Shown here piece by piece: positions 21,501 to 29,880 of a stretch of DNA of 64,000 bases. How positions within the stretch are numbered: position 1 is the stretch's first letter; each line of letters starts with the position of its first letter. Both the position numbers and the translations under genes were made by a program. The DNA comes from Candidatus Saccharimonadales bacterium (GTDB lineage Bacteria > Chloroflexota > Dormibacteria > Aeolococcales > Aeolococcaceae). The stretch is taken from positions 4,399-68,398 of the forward strand of contig DATKQX010000082.1 in assembly GCA_035532495.1 (NCBI GenBank). Reading direction: 5' to 3'. Under the pieces are notes generated by a model. It had not been told where the DNA came from. It saw only the letters and a program-made list of their open reading frames with translations, and searched no databases.

Positions 21501-22372
21501 CAGGCGATTCCTGCGGCCGCTGCGACGACGCGATGGATCCTGATGTCACCGAACGAGGTGCGTGCGCGGATTTCGACGGAGACTGCGCCCGGCTCAGGCT
21601 TGGCCGCGACGTCAAGGGCGTTGGCCACGTGGCCGAAGGACGTGTTGAGGTCGAGCCAGGCGGGGACACCGCCGAAGATGCCGATGTCGATCGCGCCCAT
21701 CGACGTGTGGGCGAAGATCGCGCCGCGCCTCACCTCGCCGATGCGAATGTCACCGGTTGCAGTCTTTGCGGTCACCGTTGCTCCCGCATGGTCGACGACG
21801 ATCCGGCCGTTGGCAGAGCTCACTCGGAGGTCATCGCTCACGTCGCCGATCCACGTGTCGCCGTTGGAGTTCCGGACCACCGCTGTCCCGGCGATGCTAC
21901 CGATCCGGACACTTCCGGACCCGGTCTTGATGTCCGCGTGGCCGGTCGTGCTGTCGGCGGTGATGTCACCGACACCGGACCTGATTTCGACCCTGTCGGC
22001 CTCTGCGATCTGGACGTCGCCGATGCCGGTGTTGAAGCGGCACTCACCGACGCGGCCTGCGCAGTGCAGCGACCCAACGCCGCATGTGGCGTGCAGCTGC
22101 GACCCGGCAGGCGCGTCGATGAGGATGTCGACCGAGCCGGTACGTTTGCCAGGGCCGAGATATCGCCAGCCAGTCGGTGCCTTGATGAGTAGGGAGCCGT
22201 TCGCATAGTCAACGCGAGTCTGTTCGGCTGCCGCGACGTCCGATGTCTTGCTGGGGTCGGTCGGGCGGACGTCGACGACGGTGTCGTTCCGGTCCGTCGC
22301 GGTGACCCGGAGATCGCCGACGCCGAGTTCAACGGTGACGGAGATCGGTGCGGGGGTGTCAAAGGTGGGCAT
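21500..22372 (-). CDS. DUF4097-family beta-repeat protein
   Basis: ATG 22372 (MPTFDTPAPISVTVELGVGDLRV...). Repeated G-D/S-I/V beta-strand units run throughout. It overlaps the ABC ATPase start by 1 nt. Confidence 0.7.
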   Translation of the reverse strand: MPTFDTPAPISVTVELGVGDLRVTATDRNDTVVDVRPTDPSKTSDVAAAEQTRVDYANGSLLIKAPTGWRYLGPGKRTGSVDILIDAPAGSQLHATCGVGSLHCAGRVGECRFNTGIGDVQIAEADRVEIRSGVGDITADSTTGHADIKTGSGSVRIGSIAGTAVVRNSNGDTWIGDVSDDLRVSSANGRIVVDHAGATVTAKTATGDIRIGEVRRGAIFAHTSMGAIDIGIFGGVPAWLDLNTSFGHVANALDVAAKPEPGAVSVEIRARTSFGDIRIHRVVAAAAGIA

Positions 22373-22406
22373 GGTTGTGGCTCCTCGATGGGCGGGCCCG
22401 CGTGAC

Positions 22407-22946
22407 TCAGCGGACCCATCCTGTGTAGCGATTGCCGCTGTGCGCGGGGCGCGATTCGTTGCGATATCCAGGGTCAGCTCCTTCCACGCGCGCACCGACG
22501 ACGCGGACGAGCCAGGCGTTGACGGACAGCGCCTCGCTGCCTGCCGCACGCTCGATCCGGACCTTCAGCTGCTCAGGGAGCCGGAAATTGATCCGCGACA
22601 TCCCGCCTTCGTCGGCGTCGTCCGCGTCGGAAGATGAGGGGTGCACCGACCACGGGCGGGTGGAGGCGTCGGCAGCGCCCGCGTCTGGTGCGGGCACATC
22701 GGTCGGCGACGGCGTGACGACGAACGCGATGTCGCGACCGCGCAGGCGCAGTTCGACCGAGCCGGGCGCGAGATCCACGGTGATCTCTTCTGAGGCGACA
22801 GTCAGCGCGTCCTGGAGCGCGAGCCGGATCGCCGGGTCGAGTGCCGCCACGAGGCGTTCGGCGAGGGCGCGAGACTCGTCACCCGCGGTTTCGGCTGCTG
22901 CCAGGAGTTGGCGCTGAACGCTTTCGACGTACGGGTGCAGGTCCAT
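22407..22946 (-). CDS. HicB/ribbon-helix-helix-like DNA-binding protein
   Basis: The C-terminal segment RINFRLPEQLKVRIERAAGSEALSVNAWLVRVV is an RHH-type motif. The N-terminal helical domain is unknown. ATG 22946 (MDLHPYVE...). Confidence 0.6.
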   Translation of the reverse strand: MDLHPYVESVQRQLLAAAETAGDESRALAERLVAALDPAIRLALQDALTVASEEITVDLAPGSVELRLRGRDIAFVVTPSPTDVPAPDAGAADASTRPWSVHPSSSDADDADEGGMSRINFRLPEQLKVRIERAAGSEALSVNAWLVRVVGARVEGADPGYRNESRPAHSGNRYTGWVR

Positions 22947-23008
22947 TGGCGCCACTATGGCACCATTATGGCGCAATGTCAAGCGATCACGACGCCCAAA
23001 TGGCGCCA
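22947..23008 (-). promoter_or_regulatory. sigma70-type promoter with flanking TGGCGCCA palindromes, apparently leaderless
   Basis: On the minus strand, TTGACA (22977-22982) is followed by a 17-nt spacer, CATAGT (22954-22959) and then ATG 7 nt later. The perfect palindrome TGGCGCCA occurs at 22947-22954 and 23001-23008, with ATGGCACC/ATGGCGCA variants between them. Confidence 0.55.
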
Positions 23009-23159
23009 CGACACGAGAGTGACTCGGGCCCTTCCCGGGTCACGCCCAGCTTCCACGTCGTAACAAGATGGACGCGCCCCGTTTGGAGAGCGCGCAACCA
23101 CGACTAGGCTGTACTTCGAGGAACGGTACCCCGGGTATCTGGTACCGAGGAGTTGACCA

Positions 23160-23861
23160 TTGGAAATGAAGAAGCCGTGGCAGCGGCTCTCGCGGAAGCA
23201 TTCGGCCGACACCGTTTCGGCGCTCGGCCCTCCTCCCGCGCCCGATCAGAAATGCATGGACGGTGAGTGCCCGAAGCCGGCCAGCTGCCGCTGCACCTAT
23301 GTTGACCGTCGCCAGGTCAAGTGCGGCACCGCCTGGTGCGATGAGCACAGCCGCATCGTCCTCGGCCTTCCGTACTGCCGGCGCCACGCGACTGTCGCGC
23401 CATCACTCTCGAACGGCTTCTTCACGCACATGCTCCCGGACGTCGAGAATCGCGCCCCTTCCCTTGCAACGTGGGTCGGCGCGGAGCTCGATACCGCCGT
23501 CCGCATCGCGCTGACCGCCGACGCACCCCACAAGGACGCCTACGTGGTCAGCGGCGCCGTCCGACCCGTCCGCGTTCCGGGCAGCACGATGCCCGTCTGG
23601 CTCCGGTCATGGACGCTCGTCGACAGTACCGGTGTGCTGCAGCACGTCTCGATCGAGGTCGATGAGGAGGACGATCGCGCCGTGGTCGTTCGCGTCGGCG
23701 GTGAGCCGATGGGCCGTCATCAGCCACCGTGGATCGGCCGCCCCCGCGATCAGACCATCGCGCCGGAGCTCGATGCGGCTGCCCGTCAGGCCTTCCGCAT
23801 CACGATCATGCACGACATCGAGCTCGGGCTCCTCGGCGCCCGCGTGGAGGTCGCCTCCTAA
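23160..23861 (+). CDS. hypothetical protein with Cys/His-rich N-terminal module
   Basis: 233-aa ORF. GAGGAG lies 7 nt before TTG 23160 (ATG 23166 is an alternative start). N-terminal pattern C-x4-C-x5-C-x-C-x9-C-x4-C-x2-H-x9-C-x2-H. No family recognised. Confidence 0.6.
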   Translation: MEMKKPWQRLSRKHSADTVSALGPPPAPDQKCMDGECPKPASCRCTYVDRRQVKCGTAWCDEHSRIVLGLPYCRRHATVAPSLSNGFFTHMLPDVENRAPSLATWVGAELDTAVRIALTADAPHKDAYVVSGAVRPVRVPGSTMPVWLRSWTLVDSTGVLQHVSIEVDEEDDRAVVVRVGGEPMGRHQPPWIGRPRDQTIAPELDAAARQAFRITIMHDIELGLLGARVEVAS

Positions 23862-23875
23862 CCGATCGCGGCCGA

Positions 23876-24208
23876 TCAGGGGGCTTGAGCGAGGAACTCG
23901 TTCTGCGAGCTGGCACTGCACGTGCTTTTCGGCGCGTCGCCGTACACATCCACCTGATACGTGTGGCCGTTTTTGCTGCGGTTGAAGCCGCAGACGTGCG
24001 CGCCCTTCGGCGATGAACCGTCGACGATCGTCAATCCGGACGTCCTGATCGTCGCCTCGAGCGCGGTGACGGCATCGGTATCTGCAGTGATCACGAACGA
24101 GACCGACAGGCCTGAGCCCGTGCCGGTCGCTGTGATGGTCTGCGTGCCACAGCTCGCGAGCAACAGGGTCGTGGCGATGCCGGCCACGATACATGCCACA
24201 GGGCGCAC
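23876..24208 (-). CDS. small lipoprotein
   Basis: GTG 24208 gives VRPVACIVAGIATTLLLASCG, a signal peptide plus lipobox. The mature part is about 90 aa. Confidence 0.6.
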   Translation of the reverse strand: MRPVACIVAGIATTLLLASCGTQTITATGTGSGLSVSFVITADTDAVTALEATIRTSGLTIVDGSSPKGAHVCGFNRSKNGHTYQVDVYGDAPKSTCSASSQNEFLAQAP

Positions 24209-24264
24209 TGGTCTCCCTCCAGGTGCTTGTCGGGGCTCGAACAATACGCGCTCGCTGGTTGCGC

Positions 24265-25851
24265 TCAGGCGACGAGCCGGGCAGCCGCGCTCTCCGCAGC
24301 ACGCCGGTCTGCGGGCACGAGACCCAGCCGTACGCGCCGGTCGAGCAGGTCGTCAAGGGTGCGCGCCCCCTCATGGAGCACGCCGAACAGGATCTCGACA
24401 CCAAGGGCGGCAACTCCTTCGGCGAGCGGGCCGAGCAGCGACGGATCGCCCGCCGCGAGCGACATGACGGCAGGTGCCTCGATGCCGTAGCGGCGTCGCA
24501 GGCGTTCGGGGACATCGAGACCGCGCACCACCGACGGCGGCGCCGCTCCAACAAGTGGCAGTGCCGCAGTCCTGCTCCGCCGGTCCGGAGCGATGCGATC
24601 GACCGTGTCCTGCGCCATCCGTCGATACGTCGTGAGCTTGCCGCCGACGACGGTGACCATCCCGGTGCGCGGATCTTCAACGATCGCGTGGCGCCGGCTC
24701 AGGTCGCGCGTGCTCTCCCCGCCGGCGCTGAGCAGCGGTCGCAGCCCAGCGTACGAGCCGATGACATCCCCATGGTCGAGCGGCACCTCGAGCGCCCGGG
24801 ACAGGGCTTCGAGCAGGTATCGCTCCTCGGCGGGCGTCACTTTCGGCTGCTCGCCGAGAGATCCGTGATACGGCTCGTCGGTGACGCCGATGATCACGTG
24901 ACCGTCGCCCGTCGGCGTCGCCCCCACCCAGCGCGCCGACTCGCCCGCGACGGGCACCACCAGCGACGCGCGCAGGTTGCCGAGCGAGTGAGCCCGCACG
25001 ATGACGTGCGACCCCTTGCTCGGCGCGAGATGCACCCCGGGAGCGAGGCCGTCTGCCCAGACGCCGGTGGCATTGACGATGTGCGTCGTTGCGATCTCGA
25101 ACGTTCGGCCGCTCACGGTGTCGCGGATGGTGACGCGGCCGCGTTCGACATCGATCGCGTCGCAGTAGGTGAGGATCATCGCCCCGTTGGCCGCGGCGGT
25201 CCGCGCCACAGCGATCACGAGGCGCACGTCGTCCTCGAGTTTCCCGTCCCAGAAGAGGATGCCGCCGCGCAGGTCATCGGCGCGCAGGCTGGGGATGAGG
25301 CGCAGCGCCTCATCGGCGCCGATCCGGCGCGGACCTGGGAGGGTGCTGCGCCGCGTCCCGGCCGCTGCACGCATGATATCGCCCACGCGGATGCCGGTCT
25401 CAGCGAATGCGCCGTACGTCGGTCGCATCGCGGCGTCCAGTGGCGCGACAAACGGCATCGGCCGCACCAAGTGCGGGGCTGTCCGCGTCATGAGGATATG
25501 GCGCTCGCGCGCCGACTCCCATGCCACCGCGACCTCACCCTGACGCAAATACCGGAGCCCGCCATGCGCGAGCTTGCTGCTCAGACCGCTCGTGCCGCTG
25601 GCAAGATCCCGCCGTTCGACGAGCGCGACGTGCAGCCCGCGCGTCGCCGCATCGAGCGCAACCCCGGCGCCCGTGATGCCGCCGCCGATAACGACGAGGT
25701 CGACCGCTTCGCCACCGTCGAGGCGATCGATCTCGGCGGTGCGCCGACCGTCGTTGAGCGATGATGAACGCGTTCTGGTCACGTGCTCAATGTCGTGCCC
25801 GAGCGGCTGCGCGGCCGCGCGTTGAGTATGCTTCGGGTTGCATGTTCGCAA
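24265..25851 (-). CDS. glpD: FAD-dependent glycerol-3-phosphate dehydrogenase
   Basis: DLVVIGGGITGAGVALDAATRG dinucleotide fold, GTSGLSSKLAHGGLRYL, and a GlpD C-terminal helical domain. The true start may be GTG 25782. Confidence 0.85.
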   Translation of the reverse strand: MRTCNPKHTQRAAAQPLGHDIEHVTRTRSSSLNDGRRTAEIDRLDGGEAVDLVVIGGGITGAGVALDAATRGLHVALVERRDLASGTSGLSSKLAHGGLRYLRQGEVAVAWESARERHILMTRTAPHLVRPMPFVAPLDAAMRPTYGAFAETGIRVGDIMRAAAGTRRSTLPGPRRIGADEALRLIPSLRADDLRGGILFWDGKLEDDVRLVIAVARTAAANGAMILTYCDAIDVERGRVTIRDTVSGRTFEIATTHIVNATGVWADGLAPGVHLAPSKGSHVIVRAHSLGNLRASLVVPVAGESARWVGATPTGDGHVIIGVTDEPYHGSLGEQPKVTPAEERYLLEALSRALEVPLDHGDVIGSYAGLRPLLSAGGESTRDLSRRHAIVEDPRTGMVTVVGGKLTTYRRMAQDTVDRIAPDRRSRTAALPLVGAAPPSVVRGLDVPERLRRRYGIEAPAVMSLAAGDPSLLGPLAEGVAALGVEILFGVLHEGARTLDDLLDRRVRLGLVPADRRAAESAAARLVA

Positions 25852-25961
25852 CCGTCGTACCGGGCCTGCTCGAGGTAATCGGCATCCCCGTCGCCTTCGT
25901 CGTGATCTCCATAGCTGTGCTCACCGGGCTCTATGTCCTCTGGATGCGGGCGAGGTCCTGA
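25842..25961 (+). CDS. possible 39-aa single-pass membrane peptide
   Basis: ATG 25842 gives MFATVVPGLLEVIGIPVAFVVISIAVLTGLYVLWMRARS. Codon bias is acceptable. It overlaps the 5' end of the long glpD ORF version. Confidence 0.3.
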   Translation: MFATVVPGLLEVIGIPVAFVVISIAVLTGLYVLWMRARS

Positions 25962-25978
25962 CCGCCGGCCTGACAGGC

Positions 25979-26509
25979 TCAGCTGATCGACACCAGCTCC
26001 ACATCGACGACGAGCGTGGCGTTGGCCGGGACGCCGGCTGACGAGTTGCCGGCGGTTCCGAACCCGAGCGCCGGCGGAACGACGAGCTCTCGCGTGCCGC
26101 CCACGCGCATGCCGGGGACGCCAAGCCGCCAGAACTGCAGAGTCGACGGATCGCCGAGCTGCAGTGGATTGGTGGCCGCACCGGCCGCCCGCGTCGTGAT
26201 GATCTGCTTCCCGTCCGCAAGCCACACGGTGAATTGAACGTTCACAGTGCCGGTCGCGGTTGCCACCTTGCCGCAGCCGACGGAGATGTCACCGAGCTGC
26301 AGGCCCGAGGCGCCTTGCTGGAGGGTCACGGGCGTGGTGAAGGAATCGATCGCGGCGCCCGGCCGTGGGGTGGCGCAGTTGGGCGGCGGCGGGGTGATCT
26401 GACTGCTCACGGTCACGAGGCTCCCGCACCCGCCCACGGCCAGAACGCAGAGCGCCACAGCGGTCAGCGTCGCGATGCGAGGGCGGAGCGGGCCGAGATG
26501 GCGGGACAT
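25979..26509 (-). CDS. FKBP-type peptidyl-prolyl isomerase lipoprotein
   Basis: ATG 26509 gives MSRHLGPLRPRIATLTAVALCVLAVGGCGS (lipobox). The C-terminal FKBP core reads FWRLGVPGMRVGGTRELVVPPALGFG...ATLVVDVELV. Confidence 0.8.
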   Translation of the reverse strand: MSRHLGPLRPRIATLTAVALCVLAVGGCGSLVTVSSQITPPPPNCATPRPGAAIDSFTTPVTLQQGASGLQLGDISVGCGKVATATGTVNVQFTVWLADGKQIITTRAAGAATNPLQLGDPSTLQFWRLGVPGMRVGGTRELVVPPALGFGTAGNSSAGVPANATLVVDVELVSIS

Positions 26510-26578
26510 CGGCGCCGAATCGTACCCCGACGCCGCGTACAATCGATCTAGAGACAGTTCTAAGGAGCCCCAGCCACC

Positions 26579-26776
26579 ATGGCAAACACGATCAAGGAAT
26601 CCAAGGGTGTCGCCTCGCAGCGCGACATTCTGACGCACGTCCGCTGCCCGATCTGCAACAACCTGATGCGCCAGAACGAGATCGGCGTCGAGATCGCATT
26701 CCGGCATAGCCGCCGCCCAGGCGAGCCCCGCCGCGAGCGCATCGTCAAGCACACCAAGAACTGCAAAGCCGCCTAG
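26579..26776 (+). CDS. small basic Cys/His protein (65 aa), unknown function
   Basis: AAGGAG lies 9 nt upstream of the ATG and a TACAAT -10-like box lies upstream at about 26538. Contains CPIC...H-x3-C. Codon choice resembles well-expressed genes. Confidence 0.6.
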   Translation: MANTIKESKGVASQRDILTHVRCPICNNLMRQNEIGVEIAFRHSRRPGEPRRERIVKHTKNCKAA

Positions 26777-26798
26777 TACGCCTCGTATCGGAGCGCGC

Positions 26799-27452
26799 TT
26801 GATGGCCGTTGAGGTCCCTTTGCTGCCGCTCGGATCGGTGCTCTTCCCGCACATGCCGATGTCGCTGCACATCTTCGAGGCGCGCTACCGGACGATGATG
26901 CGTGACTGCCGCTCGGCGTCCACCACGTTCGGCATCGTGGCGATCCGCGAGGGCCACGAGGTCGGCGCGACTGCGACGCCGTACGAGGTGGGCACCCTGG
27001 CGCAGCTTGACGAGATCGAGGAGCTGCCGGATGGGCGCTACAACCTCGGCATCATCGGTGCCTCGCGATTTCGGATCGAGTCGATCTCCCACCAGCGTCC
27101 CTACCTGGTCGCGTCGGTGCACTACCTCGAGGACATCCCCGCACCGGCCGACGATACCGATCGCCTTGCGGCCGCGGTGACCACTGCCTTTCGCGGCTAC
27201 GCCACCCAGCTTCGCGGTGTCGGCCAGGGCGACCCACTCGAGTTCGGGATGCCGTCCGATCCCGAGCTCCTTTCGTACCTCGTCGCTGCTGCTTTGCAGG
27301 TTGAGGTCGCGCAGCGCCAGCGGCTCCTCGAGATCGACGGCACCGCGGAGCGTCTTTCGGCGGTGCTCCGCCTGCTCCGACGCGAGGCAGCGCTCCTCGA
27401 CCGGATGCTGGTCCGATCCAAGGACCACGCCGCGACGTCCGGGCTGAATTGA
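26799..27452 (+). CDS. LON substrate-binding (Lon N-terminal) domain protein
   Basis: LPLLPLGSVLFPHMPMSLHIFEARYRTMM...GRYNLGIIGASRFRI, typical of stand-alone LON-domain proteins. Confidence 0.8.
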   Translation: MMAVEVPLLPLGSVLFPHMPMSLHIFEARYRTMMRDCRSASTTFGIVAIREGHEVGATATPYEVGTLAQLDEIEELPDGRYNLGIIGASRFRIESISHQRPYLVASVHYLEDIPAPADDTDRLAAAVTTAFRGYATQLRGVGQGDPLEFGMPSDPELLSYLVAAALQVEVAQRQRLLEIDGTAERLSAVLRLLRREAALLDRMLVRSKDHAATSGLN

Positions 27453-28216
27453 CCGTCGCTGAGCGGTTCGCGCTCGACGGGAAGGTCGCGCTCATCACCG
27501 GAGGGAGCCGCGGCATCGGGCGCGCCATCGCGACCGCGCTCGCCGAGGCCGGTGCAACAGTCGCGATCAACGCGCGTCATGCCGACGCTTGTGAGGAGGC
27601 GGCCGCGCAGATCGTTGCCGCGGGTGGTACCGCGCTCGCAGTGCCGGGCCACGCCGGCGACGCGCAGGCATGCGAGAGCGTCGTCGCTGATGTGATGCGC
27701 CAGGCGGGCCGGCTCGACGTGCTCGTCAACAACGCCGCAACGAATCCGCAGTTCGGCCCCATCCTCGACGCCGACGAGGGCGCGATCAACAAGATCTGGG
27801 ACGTCAACGTCATGGGACCGCTGCGTTTCACGCGACACGCCGTGGCTGCCTGGATGCGCGATCACGGCGGGAGTGTCATCAACATGTCCTCCGTCGCTGG
27901 GATCCGGCCAGAACCGCTCACCGGGGCATACAACGCGAGCAAGGCCGCGCTCATCACGCTCACGCGCACACTCGCACGCGAGCTCGGGCCGCTCCGCATC
28001 CGCGTCAACGCGATCGCCCCGGGTCTCGTCGAGACGAAGCTCGCGCGCTACCTCGTCGAGACGCCCGACGTCCACGACCAGATCATTGGTCAGACCGCCC
28101 TCGGCCGCCATGCCGTCCCGGACGAGATCGCAGGCGCAGCCCTCTTCCTCGCGTCCGACGCGGCGTCCTTCGTCACCGGCTCGGTGCTGGTGGTGGATGG
28201 GGGCTGGTCCGCGTAG
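27449..28216 (+). CDS. SDR-family oxidoreductase (FabG-like)
   Basis: VALITGGSRGIGRAIA, NNAA, and YNASKAAL catalytic Y-x3-K. The TTG start overlaps the upstream stop (TTGA). Confidence 0.85.
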   Translation: MTVAERFALDGKVALITGGSRGIGRAIATALAEAGATVAINARHADACEEAAAQIVAAGGTALAVPGHAGDAQACESVVADVMRQAGRLDVLVNNAATNPQFGPILDADEGAINKIWDVNVMGPLRFTRHAVAAWMRDHGGSVINMSSVAGIRPEPLTGAYNASKAALITLTRTLARELGPLRIRVNAIAPGLVETKLARYLVETPDVHDQIIGQTALGRHAVPDEIAGAALFLASDAASFVTGSVLVVDGGWSA

Positions 28217-28286
28217 CGCAAACATTCCCCCTCCACGAATGGGAGAATCGCGATGAGGCGAAGAGGGCACTCGGAGGGCCACTGCT

Positions 28287-29864
28287 ATGGCGAACGACCA
28301 GGGACTCGGGTTCACGCTCAGCCGGCGCGCCCAGCTCAATCCGGACAACACCGCCCTCATCTTCCGCGAGGAGCGCTGGACGTATGCGGAGCTCAACCGG
28401 CTCACCAACAAGTTCGCGCACGGACTTCACGCATTGGGCGTCAACCCTGGCGATCGTGTCGGCTTCCTGGGTCTCAACCATCCACGCTTCTTCTTCACCT
28501 TGTTCGCCGCGGCGAAGCTCGACGCGATCTTCGTGCCGCTCAACTTCCGCCTGACGGGACCCGAGCTCAGCTTCATCATTCGCGACGCAGGGCTGCACAC
28601 GCTTGTGTACGAGGAGGCATTCGCCTCGATCGTCGATTCAATTCGTGCCGACCTGAGCGTGCGCCAGTACGTCTGTGCTGTCGAACAGAGCGGCTCACGC
28701 GGCTTCGACTCACTGCTGCATGATCAGCGCGACAGCGACCTCGATTATCCGGTCGCGATGAGTGATGTCGCCCTGATCATGTACACGTCAGGGACGACCG
28801 GACGCCCGAAGGGCGCGATGCTCACCCACGGCAACATCATCTGGAACAACATCAATGCGGGTCTCGCGGACGATGGAACGTCCCAGGAGATCTCGCTCGT
28901 CGTTGCGCCGCTCTTCCACATCGGCGGTCTCAACGTGACGCCGCTCATGTCGTTCATGAAGGGCGCGACCGTCGTGATGGAGCAGATGTTTGAGCCCGGC
29001 ATGGTGCTCGAGAACATCGAGAAGTTCCGTATCACGTCGATGTTCGGTGTCCCCGCCATGTACCTCTTCATGGCGCAGCATCCCGATTTCGCGACGCGCG
29101 ATCTGAGCAGTGTTCGCGTCCTGTCGTGCGGCGGCGCGCCGGTGCCGGAAGCGCTCATCCAGCTCTATGCCGCGCGCGGACTTCCATTCAACCAGGGATA
29201 CGGCCTCACCGAGACGGCTCCATTCGCGTCCTTCCTTCCGTCATCGATGGCCACGAAGAAGCTCGGATCGGCCGGCATCGCGCCGTTCTTCACCGACGTC
29301 AAGGTCGTCGACGACGATGGGCACGACGTGCCCGACGGCGAGCGCGGTGAGATCGTCGTGCGTGGGCCGAATGTGATGAAGGGCTACTGGAACCGGCCCG
29401 ACGCCACGGCCGAAGTGTTGATCGACGGGTGGTTCCACACGGGCGATGTCGGCATTCGCGACTCCGACGGATATTTCTTCATTGTCGATCGCAAGAAGGA
29501 CATGATCATCAGCGGGGGCGAGAACGTGTACCCGGCAGAGGTTGAGGATGCGCTGTATCAGCATCCCGGCATCAAGGAGGTCGCTGTCATCGGCGTGCAG
29601 CATCCGCGCTGGGGCGAGACCGTGCGCGCGGTCGTCGTTCCCAAGGACGGTGCGGCACTCACCGAAGACGAGGTGATCAGGTTCTCGCAGGACAAGCTGG
29701 CTCGATACAAGCAACCGAAGTCGGTGGTGTTCATCGATGTCCTGCCCCGCAACCCCGCCGGCAAGGTGCTGAAGTTCGACCTGCGTGAGAAGCACGGTCA
29801 GCCGATCACCGAAGCCGAGGCGCCGGCAGCACCAGAGGGCGCGACGACCACCACCGCGAGTTGA
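28287..29864 (+). CDS. AMP-dependent acyl-CoA synthetase/ligase (FadD-like)
   Basis: MYTSGTTGRPKGAMLTH AMP-binding motif, GYGLTET, and GWFHTGDVG...DRKKDMIISGGENVYP. Confidence 0.9.
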   Translation: MANDQGLGFTLSRRAQLNPDNTALIFREERWTYAELNRLTNKFAHGLHALGVNPGDRVGFLGLNHPRFFFTLFAAAKLDAIFVPLNFRLTGPELSFIIRDAGLHTLVYEEAFASIVDSIRADLSVRQYVCAVEQSGSRGFDSLLHDQRDSDLDYPVAMSDVALIMYTSGTTGRPKGAMLTHGNIIWNNINAGLADDGTSQEISLVVAPLFHIGGLNVTPLMSFMKGATVVMEQMFEPGMVLENIEKFRITSMFGVPAMYLFMAQHPDFATRDLSSVRVLSCGGAPVPEALIQLYAARGLPFNQGYGLTETAPFASFLPSSMATKKLGSAGIAPFFTDVKVVDDDGHDVPDGERGEIVVRGPNVMKGYWNRPDATAEVLIDGWFHTGDVGIRDSDGYFFIVDRKKDMIISGGENVYPAEVEDALYQHPGIKEVAVIGVQHPRWGETVRAVVVPKDGAALTEDEVIRFSQDKLARYKQPKSVVFIDVLPRNPAGKVLKFDLREKHGQPITEAEAPAAPEGATTTTAS

Positions 29865-29880
29865 CTCGCGGCGTCACGGG

